A DNA stretch of 64,000 nt from Deltaproteobacteria bacterium (GTDB lineage Bacteria; Myxococcota; Kuafuiibacteriia; Kuafuiibacteriales; Kuafuiibacteriaceae), in the NCBI GenBank assembly GCA_040218735.1, contig JAVJQW010000070.1, forward strand, positions 425,370 to 489,369, in the 5' to 3' direction. Shown one piece after another: positions 39,431 through 48,695 of the stretch. Positions within the stretch are counted from its first letter, which is position 1. Every line of letters starts with the position of its first letter. The notes under the pieces were generated by a model. It made no database searches, was not told the DNA's origin, and saw only the letters and a list, made by a program, of their open reading frames with translations. Made by a program: the position numbers and the translations under genes.

Positions 39431-40744
39431 CTACGCCGCTCCCTCCAACGCGCTGATGATCTCGGCGGTCCACGAAATTGCTTCGCCCCGACTGCGACGG
39501 GACTCCTCGAGCAGTTCGAGGTTTCGCGCGGTCGACTCTGGCTCCCACGGTTCACGCACGAGGCTCAAGGCTCGCTTTAGAGCCTCGCGCGCCCCCGCCT
39601 CATCCCCGCCGATAATGGCCAGCTCGAGCATCGTCGCAAAGTCCCAGTAGTCCTCGCGCCCCGACGCAATTCTGCGTGCTGCGGCATATCGAACGACTGG
39701 CAGGAGTCGTCCTCGGTCGGGAACCCCTGCGATCTCCATGAGCGTGAGCGCGTTGATCCCCGGGTAGGCATCACGCCAGTCAGACTCGAATCCGAGCGTG
39801 TACGCCTCGATGGCCCGATGCAGATAAGCCGACGACGACGGTGTCCCGCGTGCGTCGGCCCATCGGTCCTTGAGCACGCGCCCGAGCAGTCCACACGATT
39901 CGCTACTCGGACCTCGCTCCGCGATGATTGCCCGGAGGATCCTCTCGGCGTCCTCGCCGTGCCCCATTCGGTTGAGGGCAAGCGCCCGCTGCTCGCGCAC
40001 TAGAGTCGTTGCTTCGAGGTGAGTGGGCATCTCATCGCAGAGCGCGACCATCTCTGACCAGCCGCGGACAGCACGAAACGACAGCAGAAGGTCCACAAGC
40101 ACTGCGGTCGACACCGCAGCTACGGAGCCGTGCGTCGTGATCAGACCTGCCCGAACTGCTGCGACCGACTCGAGCTTCATCGTACGGCGCGCGTCGGCCA
40201 ACTGCTCCTTGACCTCGACCGCGTACACGACGAGATCGCGAAACGCGTCAGTCTTGAGGCGCTCGATCGGAGCAGGCGGCGGGGCGTCCAACAAGTCTAC
40301 GAGGGCACGGTCTGAAGCGCCTCCGTCAGAACGCGTCATCGCCTTGGCCAAGCTCCCCACAAGAGAGCCGTCGGACGCCGGAACACCCGATGCTCCGAGC
40401 TCATATCGAAGGACTGGCCATCCAAATCCATCGCCTTCGACACGTGTGCCTTCCGCGGCGATGACCGTCGTTTCTCTCCAGCGGAGGGCGTGTCGGACTC
40501 CAAGCGCGTAGTACGCATCCGGCGCAGCCAAGGAGAGATCCACGATTAGGTGCCCGGCCAAGAGGACCGCCTCGAGGTCGGACCCGTGAATCGAAGTCAG
40601 GCGGTAGAGCTCGAAGCCGCCCTGCGTCGCGGCGGGTCTCAGCAGGTTCTCGTATACGCCATCCATGTCAATGTGGCGGCCTACTGCGTCTTGTCGAATC
40701 CCGGTGGGAACGAGCGCACAGCACAGACGACGAACGTCAGTCAT
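39431..40744 (-). CDS. NDT-like + MAP3K TRAF-binding (DUF4071/TPR-S) domain protein
   Basis: 'IDMDGVY..L.RPA', 'VDLS....AYYALGVRHA', 'LLLSFRAV..W..MV', 'EQRALALNR', 'SESCGLLGRVLKD.W', 'AY..GF......YPGINA', 'DYWDFAT'. ATG 40744 overlaps the upstream stop. Confidence 0.85.
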   Translation of the reverse strand: MTDVRRLCCALVPTGIRQDAVGRHIDMDGVYENLLRPAATQGGFELYRLTSIHGSDLEAVLLAGHLIVDLSLAAPDAYYALGVRHALRWRETTVIAAEGTRVEGDGFGWPVLRYELGASGVPASDGSLVGSLAKAMTRSDGGASDRALVDLLDAPPPAPIERLKTDAFRDLVVYAVEVKEQLADARRTMKLESVAAVRAGLITTHGSVAAVSTAVLVDLLLSFRAVRGWSEMVALCDEMPTHLEATTLVREQRALALNRMGHGEDAERILRAIIAERGPSSESCGLLGRVLKDRWADARGTPSSSAYLHRAIEAYTLGFESDWRDAYPGINALTLMEIAGVPDRGRLLPVVRYAAARRIASGREDYWDFATMLELAIIGGDEAGAREALKRALSLVREPWEPESTARNLELLEESRRSRGEAISWTAEIISALEGAA

Positions 40745-43517
40745 GGAACGGGACGTCCACCGACGAAAAGAGTCGTTCGCGAGTCGGGTACTGGCCAATC
40801 AACAACGGCGTTGCCCATCCGGGGCTGTCCAAAGACTGACTGCGGCGGGCAACCATCAGCGCCCGCCCCGCATCGAAGTCTGTCTTGACGAGCTCCTCGT
40901 AGAAATCCGAAGCAAGTCGCGGTGCGACGTCATCCGCGATCGGCCATACGTGCGCGACGACCTCCGTGACACCTCCCTCAACCAGATCAGAGGCAAGCGT
41001 TTGAACGCCCACGCGTTCGTCTGTAGAGATATCAGGAAGCGCACTCGTGCATACATTCAGGAAAACGAACCTCACATCGTGACCGCTGACCCACCGGCGT
41101 AGGTCGGCTCCGTAAACTCGTCCCTTCGGATCGTCGGTAGGATTCAGCTGAAGGTAGGGGACCCCACTCTCGAACCCAGCGTGACCAGCGAAATGAACCA
41201 TCTGGAACTGGTTTTCTCGAAGCTGATTCTCTAGCTCATCTGGCGTCGCCGTCATGGCCGATAGGACCCGCACATTGGATACCGGCCATCCGAGGACCTC
41301 GAATCGAGCCGCTAGAATGTCTCGGACTTCCGCCAGCTCGTCATCGACATTCGGAAGCCCAGGCGCCCGCGAGCCCACAACGAGAACACGCGGAGGCGGC
41401 ATCTCGCCTCTGGCGAGCGCTTCGTCTATCGGGAGTGGAAAGGAATCGATGCTCAGGTCGGTGAGGTAGCGTCGGACCGGACGCCGACGTCCGAGCGGGT
41501 CACCTGCACCACTCATATGCATCCATTCCCACGGCATCGATAGGCTCTTTCGATCCCCGCGAATGCAGAGCCTTGCGTTCGACTCGATGAGCGGAGTGCA
41601 GCCGTCCTCGTCCGTCCTCTGTTCGCTCGCGAGCAGAGCGCCTGTCTTCCACGTCACATCGCGCCACTTCGCGCTGTCACCCGCGAGCGGTACGACCATC
41701 TCGAACACCTTCTGAACGGGACCCGTGGCGGGTTCCCATTGGCTCTCACTCGTTGAAGCAAACCTCGCCCATCGTACAAAGCTCTGAAGATTCGGATAGA
41801 GGCGCTCTCGCGTGAGAATCTTACGTAACCATTGTCGGTCCTTGTCATGACTCACATATCGTAGCGCCGCCGAAAGCAGAGCCGCGAGTGCCGCATTACC
41901 CGCCGCATCGACCTCGGCCAGCGAAATCAGGGTGGGGAGCAAGTTCTTCGCGTCGACATCCTCGACTTCCTTGAGCAGCCGATCGACCTCATCCGGCGCC
42001 AAGCGGGCGTCGCCCTCCACAATTCGTCTCAGATCGTTCGTGTCGCTCAGTTGCGGCTCGACGAGCTCACGTATCCGCGTCGCGCTCGCCTCGTCGATCG
42101 GTCGCGGAGCGTCCTTTCCAAGGATCGATGTCACGTGCTCCACAACCGCGGGGGACTTGGCTTTCTCGAGCTCGAAATAGCGGTCGACGGTCAAGAAGTC
42201 CGGCAGTCGCCTCCGATCGCTCCCATTGAAGATGAGAAATCGTAACTCGCGACGGGTCCACTTCTCGACGGCGAGCTCGAGCTCCAATCGGCAGAACTCG
42301 CTCTCCCAATAGTCGTCATCGATGATTGCGAGAAACAAACTCGCAGCGCCGACCTCCTTCTTGAGGTTCTCGATGAGCTCCCCCGTCTTCTGATTGCTCT
42401 CCTCCATGTACTGGAAGCAGGGGAAGCCAGCGGCCTTCAATCCCGTTGCGATCGCCACGGCGCGATCGTTCTGGCTATTGGCATTGCTCACGAAGACGCG
42501 TCTGCCGCCAATGCTGAGCAGGTACTCGATAACGTCCTTGACGTAATGGAGGTCGCGCCCCCGATCTTGGTGTTCTTTGAGCTTGTCTACAATGTAGTCA
42601 GCGACGCTGCCTTGGTCAGCGTCACTCCAGAAGTGCACCGGCTCCATTCTTTCATCGAGTTGGTATCCCGCCAGGAGAGGAGGCGCACTTCGCGCCGCGG
42701 CGGCCTCGCTCAACAGGAGCCCAAGTCGCTGTCGCGCCTGATTTTCATCTTCGTCCGGACTCAGCCGGCAAATGCGAAGGCACGCAACGGATGAAGCATG
42801 AATGAGCGCAAGGATGTGTTCCGGAGTGGAATCGGACCCGAAGTCAGCGACAACGACATCGATGGACTCCATACGTCCCAGGACCTCGATATCGAGATTC
42901 GAGCTTTGGCCACTGAGCTCGAATCGATCGACTTTGAAGAAGTCGCCGTTCTTCTTCTTTCCGCGTAGCTCCACTTCCCGGCGAACCGCCTCGAGAGGGC
43001 TGCTCGTGTCTGTCAGAAGGAAGGCCGGAGCGGACTCGTGCTGGGCCGGACGAACGTGCTCCCGAGCTCGACTGACGAAGCTGGAGATCTGACGATCGAT
43101 GGTGGAGGGGTCGCCGTGGTCGGCGAAGTCATTCGATTCTCGATCGAAGTACAACATGCGCGTTCGATCGGAGCCGACAAGCGGCCCCGCTGGAATGCGG
43201 TTCTCCGCTATAATCAGTCGGGGCTTGCGAGACCGAATCGCGAGGCCGTACTCGAAGGCTTGGTACGGCGACCAAGCCGGCGTGTCTACAGTTGACCGGT
43301 CGGGAACAATCGCGACGAAACCACCAGTACGTCGCATCATGTGTTCGAGGAAGGTCACGTCCATGGGAGCTTCATTGCCGTTCCACTTGCCGCCATCGAC
43401 GGTGAAGTGAATTCCGTGGTCAGCGAGCCGGCGAAGCAGCGCCATCTGGATGCGCCTGTCTCCCGGACGATAGCTATGGCTTAGGTAGACAAGGACCTTA
43501 CTGGTATCCGCTGTCAT
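40737..43517 (-). CDS. Multi-TIR + CHAT (caspase-family protease) protein
   Basis: TIR1 'VYLSHSY...SPYQAFEYGLA'. TIR2 'VFVSNA...DYWESEFCRLELELA'. CHAT 'PWE', 'LPNVDDE', 'VHFAGHA', 'VFLNVC', 'W.I.D', 'WATP'. Confidence 0.85.
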   Translation of the reverse strand: MTADTSKVLVYLSHSYRPGDRRIQMALLRRLADHGIHFTVDGGKWNGNEAPMDVTFLEHMMRRTGGFVAIVPDRSTVDTPAWSPYQAFEYGLAIRSRKPRLIIAENRIPAGPLVGSDRTRMLYFDRESNDFADHGDPSTIDRQISSFVSRAREHVRPAQHESAPAFLLTDTSSPLEAVRREVELRGKKKNGDFFKVDRFELSGQSSNLDIEVLGRMESIDVVVADFGSDSTPEHILALIHASSVACLRICRLSPDEDENQARQRLGLLLSEAAAARSAPPLLAGYQLDERMEPVHFWSDADQGSVADYIVDKLKEHQDRGRDLHYVKDVIEYLLSIGGRRVFVSNANSQNDRAVAIATGLKAAGFPCFQYMEESNQKTGELIENLKKEVGAASLFLAIIDDDYWESEFCRLELELAVEKWTRRELRFLIFNGSDRRRLPDFLTVDRYFELEKAKSPAVVEHVTSILGKDAPRPIDEASATRIRELVEPQLSDTNDLRRIVEGDARLAPDEVDRLLKEVEDVDAKNLLPTLISLAEVDAAGNAALAALLSAALRYVSHDKDRQWLRKILTRERLYPNLQSFVRWARFASTSESQWEPATGPVQKVFEMVVPLAGDSAKWRDVTWKTGALLASEQRTDEDGCTPLIESNARLCIRGDRKSLSMPWEWMHMSGAGDPLGRRRPVRRYLTDLSIDSFPLPIDEALARGEMPPPRVLVVGSRAPGLPNVDDELAEVRDILAARFEVLGWPVSNVRVLSAMTATPDELENQLRENQFQMVHFAGHAGFESGVPYLQLNPTDDPKGRVYGADLRRWVSGHDVRFVFLNVCTSALPDISTDERVGVQTLASDLVEGGVTEVVAHVWPIADDVAPRLASDFYEELVKTDFDAGRALMVARRSQSLDSPGWATPLLIGQYPTRERLFSSVDVPFHD

Positions 43518-43530
43518 CGAGCACCAGAGG

Positions 43531-44088
43531 TCAGACGTTCCCGATACGCCAGCGGCCGTTTTCACTCTGTTCCAGCAGCGTCACTTCAGAGGGCGCCGCC
43601 CGGCTCTTTCGAAGAAGGCCTTCCAGGATGTTCCGGACCTCGTCCTGCGTGAGCTCGCGCTGCCCCGAGATCGCCGCAGCAAGCTCCACCACGGTCTGGC
43701 CCGGTTTGCCGAGCGTCTTGGCGCGCTTGAGAGCCCGCAAGACCAATACCTCGTCACCGTTCACTTCGACCTTCAACTGCTGGTAGCGAAGGAACAGCGT
43801 GACCAATCCCGGCAGTGCGGCAGCAGGGCTGGTGATGAAGAAACTTAGTGATGAAGCGACGATGGACTCGACCAGCTTCAACGACGCATCGGGCACTGCG
43901 AAGTGCCTGTCCTTCGAGAAAAGGTCTGCATCGAGCCGCCGTTGCTCGGCCTGCGGATGGTGATGAATGATGACGTCAATGGCCGCTTCTTGGATGACGG
44001 CGGCGCGTCGTTCACCCTTCAATGACTCATCGAGTCGGCGGTCCAGCTCGAGACGAACCTCATCGAGCGTGTATTCCTTGACTGTCAT
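43531..44088 (-). CDS. Hypothetical protein with central hydrophobic segment and C-terminal winged-helix-like region
   Basis: ATG 44088 with GGAGGAGG RBS. 'IVASSLSFFITSPAAALPGLVTLFL', 'TVVELA...TQDEVRNIL..L...LEQ..NGRWRI'. Confidence 0.7.
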   Translation of the reverse strand: MTVKEYTLDEVRLELDRRLDESLKGERRAAVIQEAAIDVIIHHHPQAEQRRLDADLFSKDRHFAVPDASLKLVESIVASSLSFFITSPAAALPGLVTLFLRYQQLKVEVNGDEVLVLRALKRAKTLGKPGQTVVELAAAISGQRELTQDEVRNILEGLLRKSRAAPSEVTLLEQSENGRWRIGNV

Positions 44089-44113
44089 TGGCCCTCCTCC
44101 TGCTTGCGACTGC

Positions 44114-44142
44114 ACCGTAGGTCTCCCCAGAGAAACGGTCAA
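44114..44142 (-). promoter_or_regulatory. Candidate sigma70 promoter of the island operon
   Basis: Minus strand TTGACC-N17-TACGGT, 25 nt upstream of ATG 44088. Confidence 0.6.
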
Positions 44143-44176
44143 CGTGGCGGAAGGACTCCAAGTCAGCGTTTGGGGG

Positions 44177-45355
44177 TCACGGCGACGGGACGTCGTCCAT
44201 GCGCTCCGACGCGAGCTGTGCGGCGTGTTTCATGAGCGCCGGGAAGTCGCGCGCCACCGTCTGGAACTCGTCGGCCGCGAGCGTGAGGAGCAGGCACTTC
44301 TTCGAGGCCACGACCGACGCCGTCGCCGGGAGGCCGGTCATCACGGAGATCTCGCCGAAGAGCGAGCCCGAGCCGAGCTCGGCGACGATCTCTTCGTTGC
44401 GGCGGATCTCGACCTCGCCGTGGATCAGGATGAACAGCCCCGCCGCGGTGGTGCCCTGCGAGATCAGGCTCGCGCCCTTCTTTACGTTGGTCGGGTGGAA
44501 GCGTTTGCCGAGCGCCGCGCGCTCCTCCTCCGAGAGCGCGTCGAACGGCTTCGCCTTGCGCAGCACGTTTGCGATCAGGCGCTCGCCGAACACCCGCAGG
44601 ACCTCCGACAGGATCGACGGGTCCTCCTGGATGAGGCGCGTGAGCACCTCCAGCCTCAGCTCCAACAGCTGCGACGGCATCGTGGTCCGCACCGTCGCGC
44701 CGCGCTTCGCGCCGTCCTTGCCGCGCGCGAAGAGCGACATCTCGCCGAAGAACTCACCCGAGCCGAGCTTCGCCACCGGCGGCGCGTCGACCTCCAGCAG
44801 CACCTCGACCTCACCTTCGGCCACCACGTACATCGAGGACGCGGCGTCCCCCTTCTCGAACACGACCTCGCCCGCCGGGAGCTCGTGCAGCGTCGAGCTC
44901 TCCAGCAGCTCCTCGAACGCGGCCGGGCCGAGGCTCGAGAACAGCGCGATCGGCGGGAGGATGCTCACGCTGATCTGCAGGTCCTCCGACTCCGGCTCGG
45001 ACGGGGGCGGCGCGTCCGTCACCGGCACCGCGGGCGCCGGCAGCTCACCGCTGTTGAGCGCTTCGATGACCGCCTTGGTGTGCGGGTTGTTCTTGTCGAG
45101 CGCGAGGGCGAGCTTCGCCATCGCGATCCCCTTCATCGGCACACCGGACTGCGCAAACGCGAGCGCCGCGCGGCAGAGGCCCTGGATGCGCCCGGGGCGA
45201 TCCTTCTTCGCGCGACAGACCTCCGCGATCCGGCTCGGCCAGGTGGGGTCCGTCGGCTCGCGGCGTTCGAGATCCTCGTAGCGTCGGATCGCTTCGTCGT
45301 GATCACCCCGGTCGAAGGCCGCCTCGGCCACCGCGATCATCTCGGCGCGCGTCAT
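44177..45355 (-). CDS. TPR + tandem cyclic-nucleotide-binding domain protein
   Basis: N-terminal TPR-like helices. Two cNMP domains 'GEFFGEMSL...RGATV' and 'GSLFGEISV...ATASV'. Confidence 0.88.
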   Translation of the reverse strand: MTRAEMIAVAEAAFDRGDHDEAIRRYEDLERREPTDPTWPSRIAEVCRAKKDRPGRIQGLCRAALAFAQSGVPMKGIAMAKLALALDKNNPHTKAVIEALNSGELPAPAVPVTDAPPPSEPESEDLQISVSILPPIALFSSLGPAAFEELLESSTLHELPAGEVVFEKGDAASSMYVVAEGEVEVLLEVDAPPVAKLGSGEFFGEMSLFARGKDGAKRGATVRTTMPSQLLELRLEVLTRLIQEDPSILSEVLRVFGERLIANVLRKAKPFDALSEEERAALGKRFHPTNVKKGASLISQGTTAAGLFILIHGEVEIRRNEEIVAELGSGSLFGEISVMTGLPATASVVASKKCLLLTLAADEFQTVARDFPALMKHAAQLASERMDDVPSP

Positions 45356-46449
45356 CAATCGACGATCTTCAACATCTTGCGCGGCGCGTCCACCTCCGCG
45401 CCGAGCTGACCGCACGCCGCGCTGATATCGTCACCGCGCGGGGTCCGCACGAACACCGGGACGCCCGAGTCCGACACGATCCGCTGGAACGCGTCGATGC
45501 GCTCCTGAGGCGGCCGCTTGAACGGACTGTAGGGGTGCTCGTTGAAAGGGATCACGTTCACTTTGGCCGGTATCCCGCGGAGCAGCTTCACCAATCGGCG
45601 CGCGTCGTCATCCGAGTCGTTCTCGTCCGCGAGCAGCACGTACTCGAACGTGATCCGCTGCCGGTGTTTCATCGGGAACTTCCGACACGCGTCGAGCACC
45701 GCCTCGATGTTGTACTTCTTGTTGATCGGCATGATCCGATCGCGCACCGCGTCGGTCGTCGCGTTCAGCGACACCGCGAGGTTCACGGCCACGTCGTTCC
45801 CCAGCCGCGGGATCCGAGGCGCCAGCCCCGAGGTGCTCACCGTGATCCGCCGCGCCGAGATGTTGTGGCACTCCTCGGAGGAGATCATCTGCAGCGCCGA
45901 CACGACGTTCGCGTAGTTCTGCAGCGGCTCGCCCATCCCCATCATCACGATGTTCTGGATCGGCGGCCCCGCTTCGGGATCCACGAGCGTCCCGAGGTCC
46001 TCTTTGACCCGGGTGATCTGCTCCGCGATCTCGTGCGCCTCGAGGTTCCGCAGCAACCCGAGCGACGCCGTCAGACAGAACTTGCAGTCGATCGCACACC
46101 CCACCTGCGAGGAGATGCACAGGGTGTTGCGCCCCTCCGCCGAGGCGTCCGGGATGAACACCGCCTCCACGACGTCGCCCTTCTTCGTCTTCAGGGCGTA
46201 CTTCCGCGTCCCGTCCGCGGCCTTTTCGACGCGGGCGATCGACATCGCGCCCACGAACGCACGGTCCGTGAGCTTCTCGCGGAGCTTCTTGGAGAGGTCG
46301 GTCATCTGCGCAACGTCGGTGACGCCGCGCCGGTGGATCCACCGGTAGATCTGCCCCGCCCGATACTTGGGCTCACCGAGCTCCGCGAGGAGCGCCTCGA
46401 GCCCGGCGCGATCGAGCGCGGCCAGATCGGTTTTGGTGGAGTCGCTCAA
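45355..46449 (-). CDS. rlmN: 23S rRNA (A2503-C2)/tRNA methyltransferase
   Basis: CISSQVGCAIDCKFC, MGMGEP, TVSTSG, EYVLL, ISAACGQL. Confidence 0.97.
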   Translation of the reverse strand: MSDSTKTDLAALDRAGLEALLAELGEPKYRAGQIYRWIHRRGVTDVAQMTDLSKKLREKLTDRAFVGAMSIARVEKAADGTRKYALKTKKGDVVEAVFIPDASAEGRNTLCISSQVGCAIDCKFCLTASLGLLRNLEAHEIAEQITRVKEDLGTLVDPEAGPPIQNIVMMGMGEPLQNYANVVSALQMISSEECHNISARRITVSTSGLAPRIPRLGNDVAVNLAVSLNATTDAVRDRIMPINKKYNIEAVLDACRKFPMKHRQRITFEYVLLADENDSDDDARRLVKLLRGIPAKVNVIPFNEHPYSPFKRPPQERIDAFQRIVSDSGVPVFVRTPRGDDISAACGQLGAEVDAPRKMLKIVD

Positions 46450-46462
46450 CTAGGCGAAGAGC

Positions 46463-46885
<423 letters not shown>

Positions 46886-46951
46886 TCGTTCGTACTTCCT
46901 GATTTTCGTGAAAAGGGGGTTGAGAGTTGAGGCGAGTGAAGCGACGTCCGC

Positions 46952-47497
46952 TCAGGAGGCGGAAGACTTCGCCAGCTCGTAGCCGACTTCCAGGGCCTTG
47001 AGGTGCCCCTCTTCGCCGCCGCGCGGGACGTGGTCCTTCACGGCCGCTTCGATCGCGGGCTTGCTGACGACGCCGGACAGCTCCACCACCACCCCGAGCG
47101 CGACGATGTGCACGAGGTTCGGGCGCTGCAGCGTCTTCTCCGCGGTCGCGAGGAGCGGGACGCGGTGCACCGTGTAGTCCGACACCGCCGTCGCATCGAC
47201 GTCCTCGTCGACCACGAGGATCGCGGTCTTCTTGAGGTCCCGGCCGTACCGCTCGAGCGCTTCCTGCGTCGTCACGAGCAGGACGTCGAGCTGCGTCGCC
47301 TTCGGGTAGTCGATGTCCCCGTCCGAGATGATCACCTCGGAGCGCGCCGCGTTGCTGCGCGCCTCGGGACCGTAGCTCTGAACGTGGTGTGCGTTCAGAT
47401 CGTCGTAGATCGCCGCGGCCTCCTGGAGGATCAAGCCGGCCTCGATCATCCCGTGGTTCCCGGCGCCAGCGAGTCGCACTTCTTTCCGATCCGCCAC
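46952..47497 (-). CDS. 2-oxoacid:acceptor oxidoreductase gamma-subunit family protein (orphan, divergent)
   Basis: EVRLAG.G..G...AG.IL, QSYGPEAR....RSEVIISD..IDYP, IVALG, AL..G. Confidence 0.82.
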   Translation of the reverse strand: MADRKEVRLAGAGNHGMIEAGLILQEAAAIYDDLNAHHVQSYGPEARSNAARSEVIISDGDIDYPKATQLDVLLVTTQEALERYGRDLKKTAILVVDEDVDATAVSDYTVHRVPLLATAEKTLQRPNLVHIVALGVVVELSGVVSKPAIEAAVKDHVPRGGEEGHLKALEVGYELAKSSAS

Positions 47498-47557
47498 TTC
47501 GGACGCAGCTATGGATTCAGTCGAGGGTCAGAGTCAACCAAATGTCGCGACCTTCGA

Positions 47558-48691
47558 TCACGGGAGCGCCCTTAGGACCGTCGCCGACACCGCGTCCGGG
47601 TCCGACCGGATCGACAGCGGCAGCTCCAGATGCAGGAACCGGTCGCGCGCAGACGCGGCCTCGACCGTGCACGCCATCGGCGAGCCGTTGGCGTGCCGCC
47701 CCTGAACGTTCGTCGTCCCGCAGAGCTGGCCGGCGACCTGCCCCCCGGGGAAGCGGTTACACGTGAGCACCGCGTCCGCCGGGCGCTCGGCCTGGAGGGC
47801 CTGCACGGCGCGGGCGACCAGCGCGTCCTCCGTCGTGACGTCCATCGTGCCGTTCGAGAGCACCGCCCCGTTGCCCCCCTTGCCGTGGAGGCTGATCGCC
47901 GTCGAAGTCGCGACGCCGTCCAGCAGCGCCTCGTGCGCCAGGTGGAACGCGGAGACGACGTTGTGGGCCGTGTCGGACTCGACGTACGGCATCGACTGCG
48001 CAGAACACGCCGTCGTCTCCCCGGAGCACCCCGAGGCCCGCTGGTTCGCGCACCGGTGCGCGGCGCTCACCACCAAAGCGAGGGCGTCGACCTCGTCGTA
48101 GACCGCGCGCGCGACCGTCGCCGTGTCGATCTCGTACATCGCGTGCGGCGCGCCGACGATCACCGCCCGGGTCGCCCGGGGGCGGATCACGATCAGCGCC
48201 CGCCCCGTCCCGGGCGCGGGATCGAGCTGGACGGCGTCCGTGCCCCGTCGGCAGGCGCCGTACTCGGCGTCGGGCAAGACGGCGAGGAGCGCCGCCTCGT
48301 CCTCGGCGAGCACCTCGGCGATCGCCGTCCGCAGGGGTGTCCGCGCCGCAGCGGGCAGCGGGACGTACCCCTCGGAGTCCCGCCCCGGGGCTTCGTCGAG
48401 GAGGTCCTGGATGCGCTGACCGAGCGAGGTCGGGCAGGCCTGGAGCGTCGTCGGGGTGCCGCCGTCGCGCCGCGGCTGGGGGCCGCCGTCACGGTGCCCA
48501 CCGTCCCGCGTCCCGCCGTCGATCACGCCCCCGTCGCGGTGCCCGGCGTCCGCGGGCGTCCCGCCGTCGCGGGCGCCGCCGTCCGGGTCCTCGACGCCGG
48601 CGTCGGAGACGACGCGGATCGGGACGATCGGATCGATCGTCCCCTCACAGGCGGCGGCCACGACGACCAGAGCGATCGCGAGCTGGCGCAC
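47558..48691 (-). CDS. Lipoprotein, possible Zn-dependent hydrolase (PghP/formylglutamate amidohydrolase-like)
   Basis: Lipobox VAAAC, RDGG-repeat linker, 'APH...E..T', 'SLHG', 'FLHLE'. Confidence 0.6.
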   Translation of the reverse strand: MRQLAIALVVVAAACEGTIDPIVPIRVVSDAGVEDPDGGARDGGTPADAGHRDGGVIDGGTRDGGHRDGGPQPRRDGGTPTTLQACPTSLGQRIQDLLDEAPGRDSEGYVPLPAAARTPLRTAIAEVLAEDEAALLAVLPDAEYGACRRGTDAVQLDPAPGTGRALIVIRPRATRAVIVGAPHAMYEIDTATVARAVYDEVDALALVVSAAHRCANQRASGCSGETTACSAQSMPYVESDTAHNVVSAFHLAHEALLDGVATSTAISLHGKGGNGAVLSNGTMDVTTEDALVARAVQALQAERPADAVLTCNRFPGGQVAGQLCGTTNVQGRHANGSPMACTVEAASARDRFLHLELPLSIRSDPDAVSATVLRALP

Positions 48692-48695
48692 GGCT

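Larger units (their letters stand above)
39431..44142 (-). other. Lower-GC three-gene accessory island, candidate defence/conflict operon
   Basis: Abrupt rise in A/T and atypical codons (roughly 55-62% GC by eye against about 70% in the flanks). Three tightly spaced co-oriented genes. No integrase. Confidence 0.75.

Noticed and set aside
40737-43517. Thoeris, CBASS, Avs or gasdermin system
   Set aside because: No SIR2/macro ThsA, CD-NTase, STAND NTPase or recognisable gasdermin is encoded in the block.
39407-44195. Direct repeats or att sites flanking the island (acggctcgggacgccg versus acggcgacgggacgtcg)
   Set aside because: The match is short, imperfect and GC-rich, so it is expected by chance. 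No tRNA or integrase is nearby.
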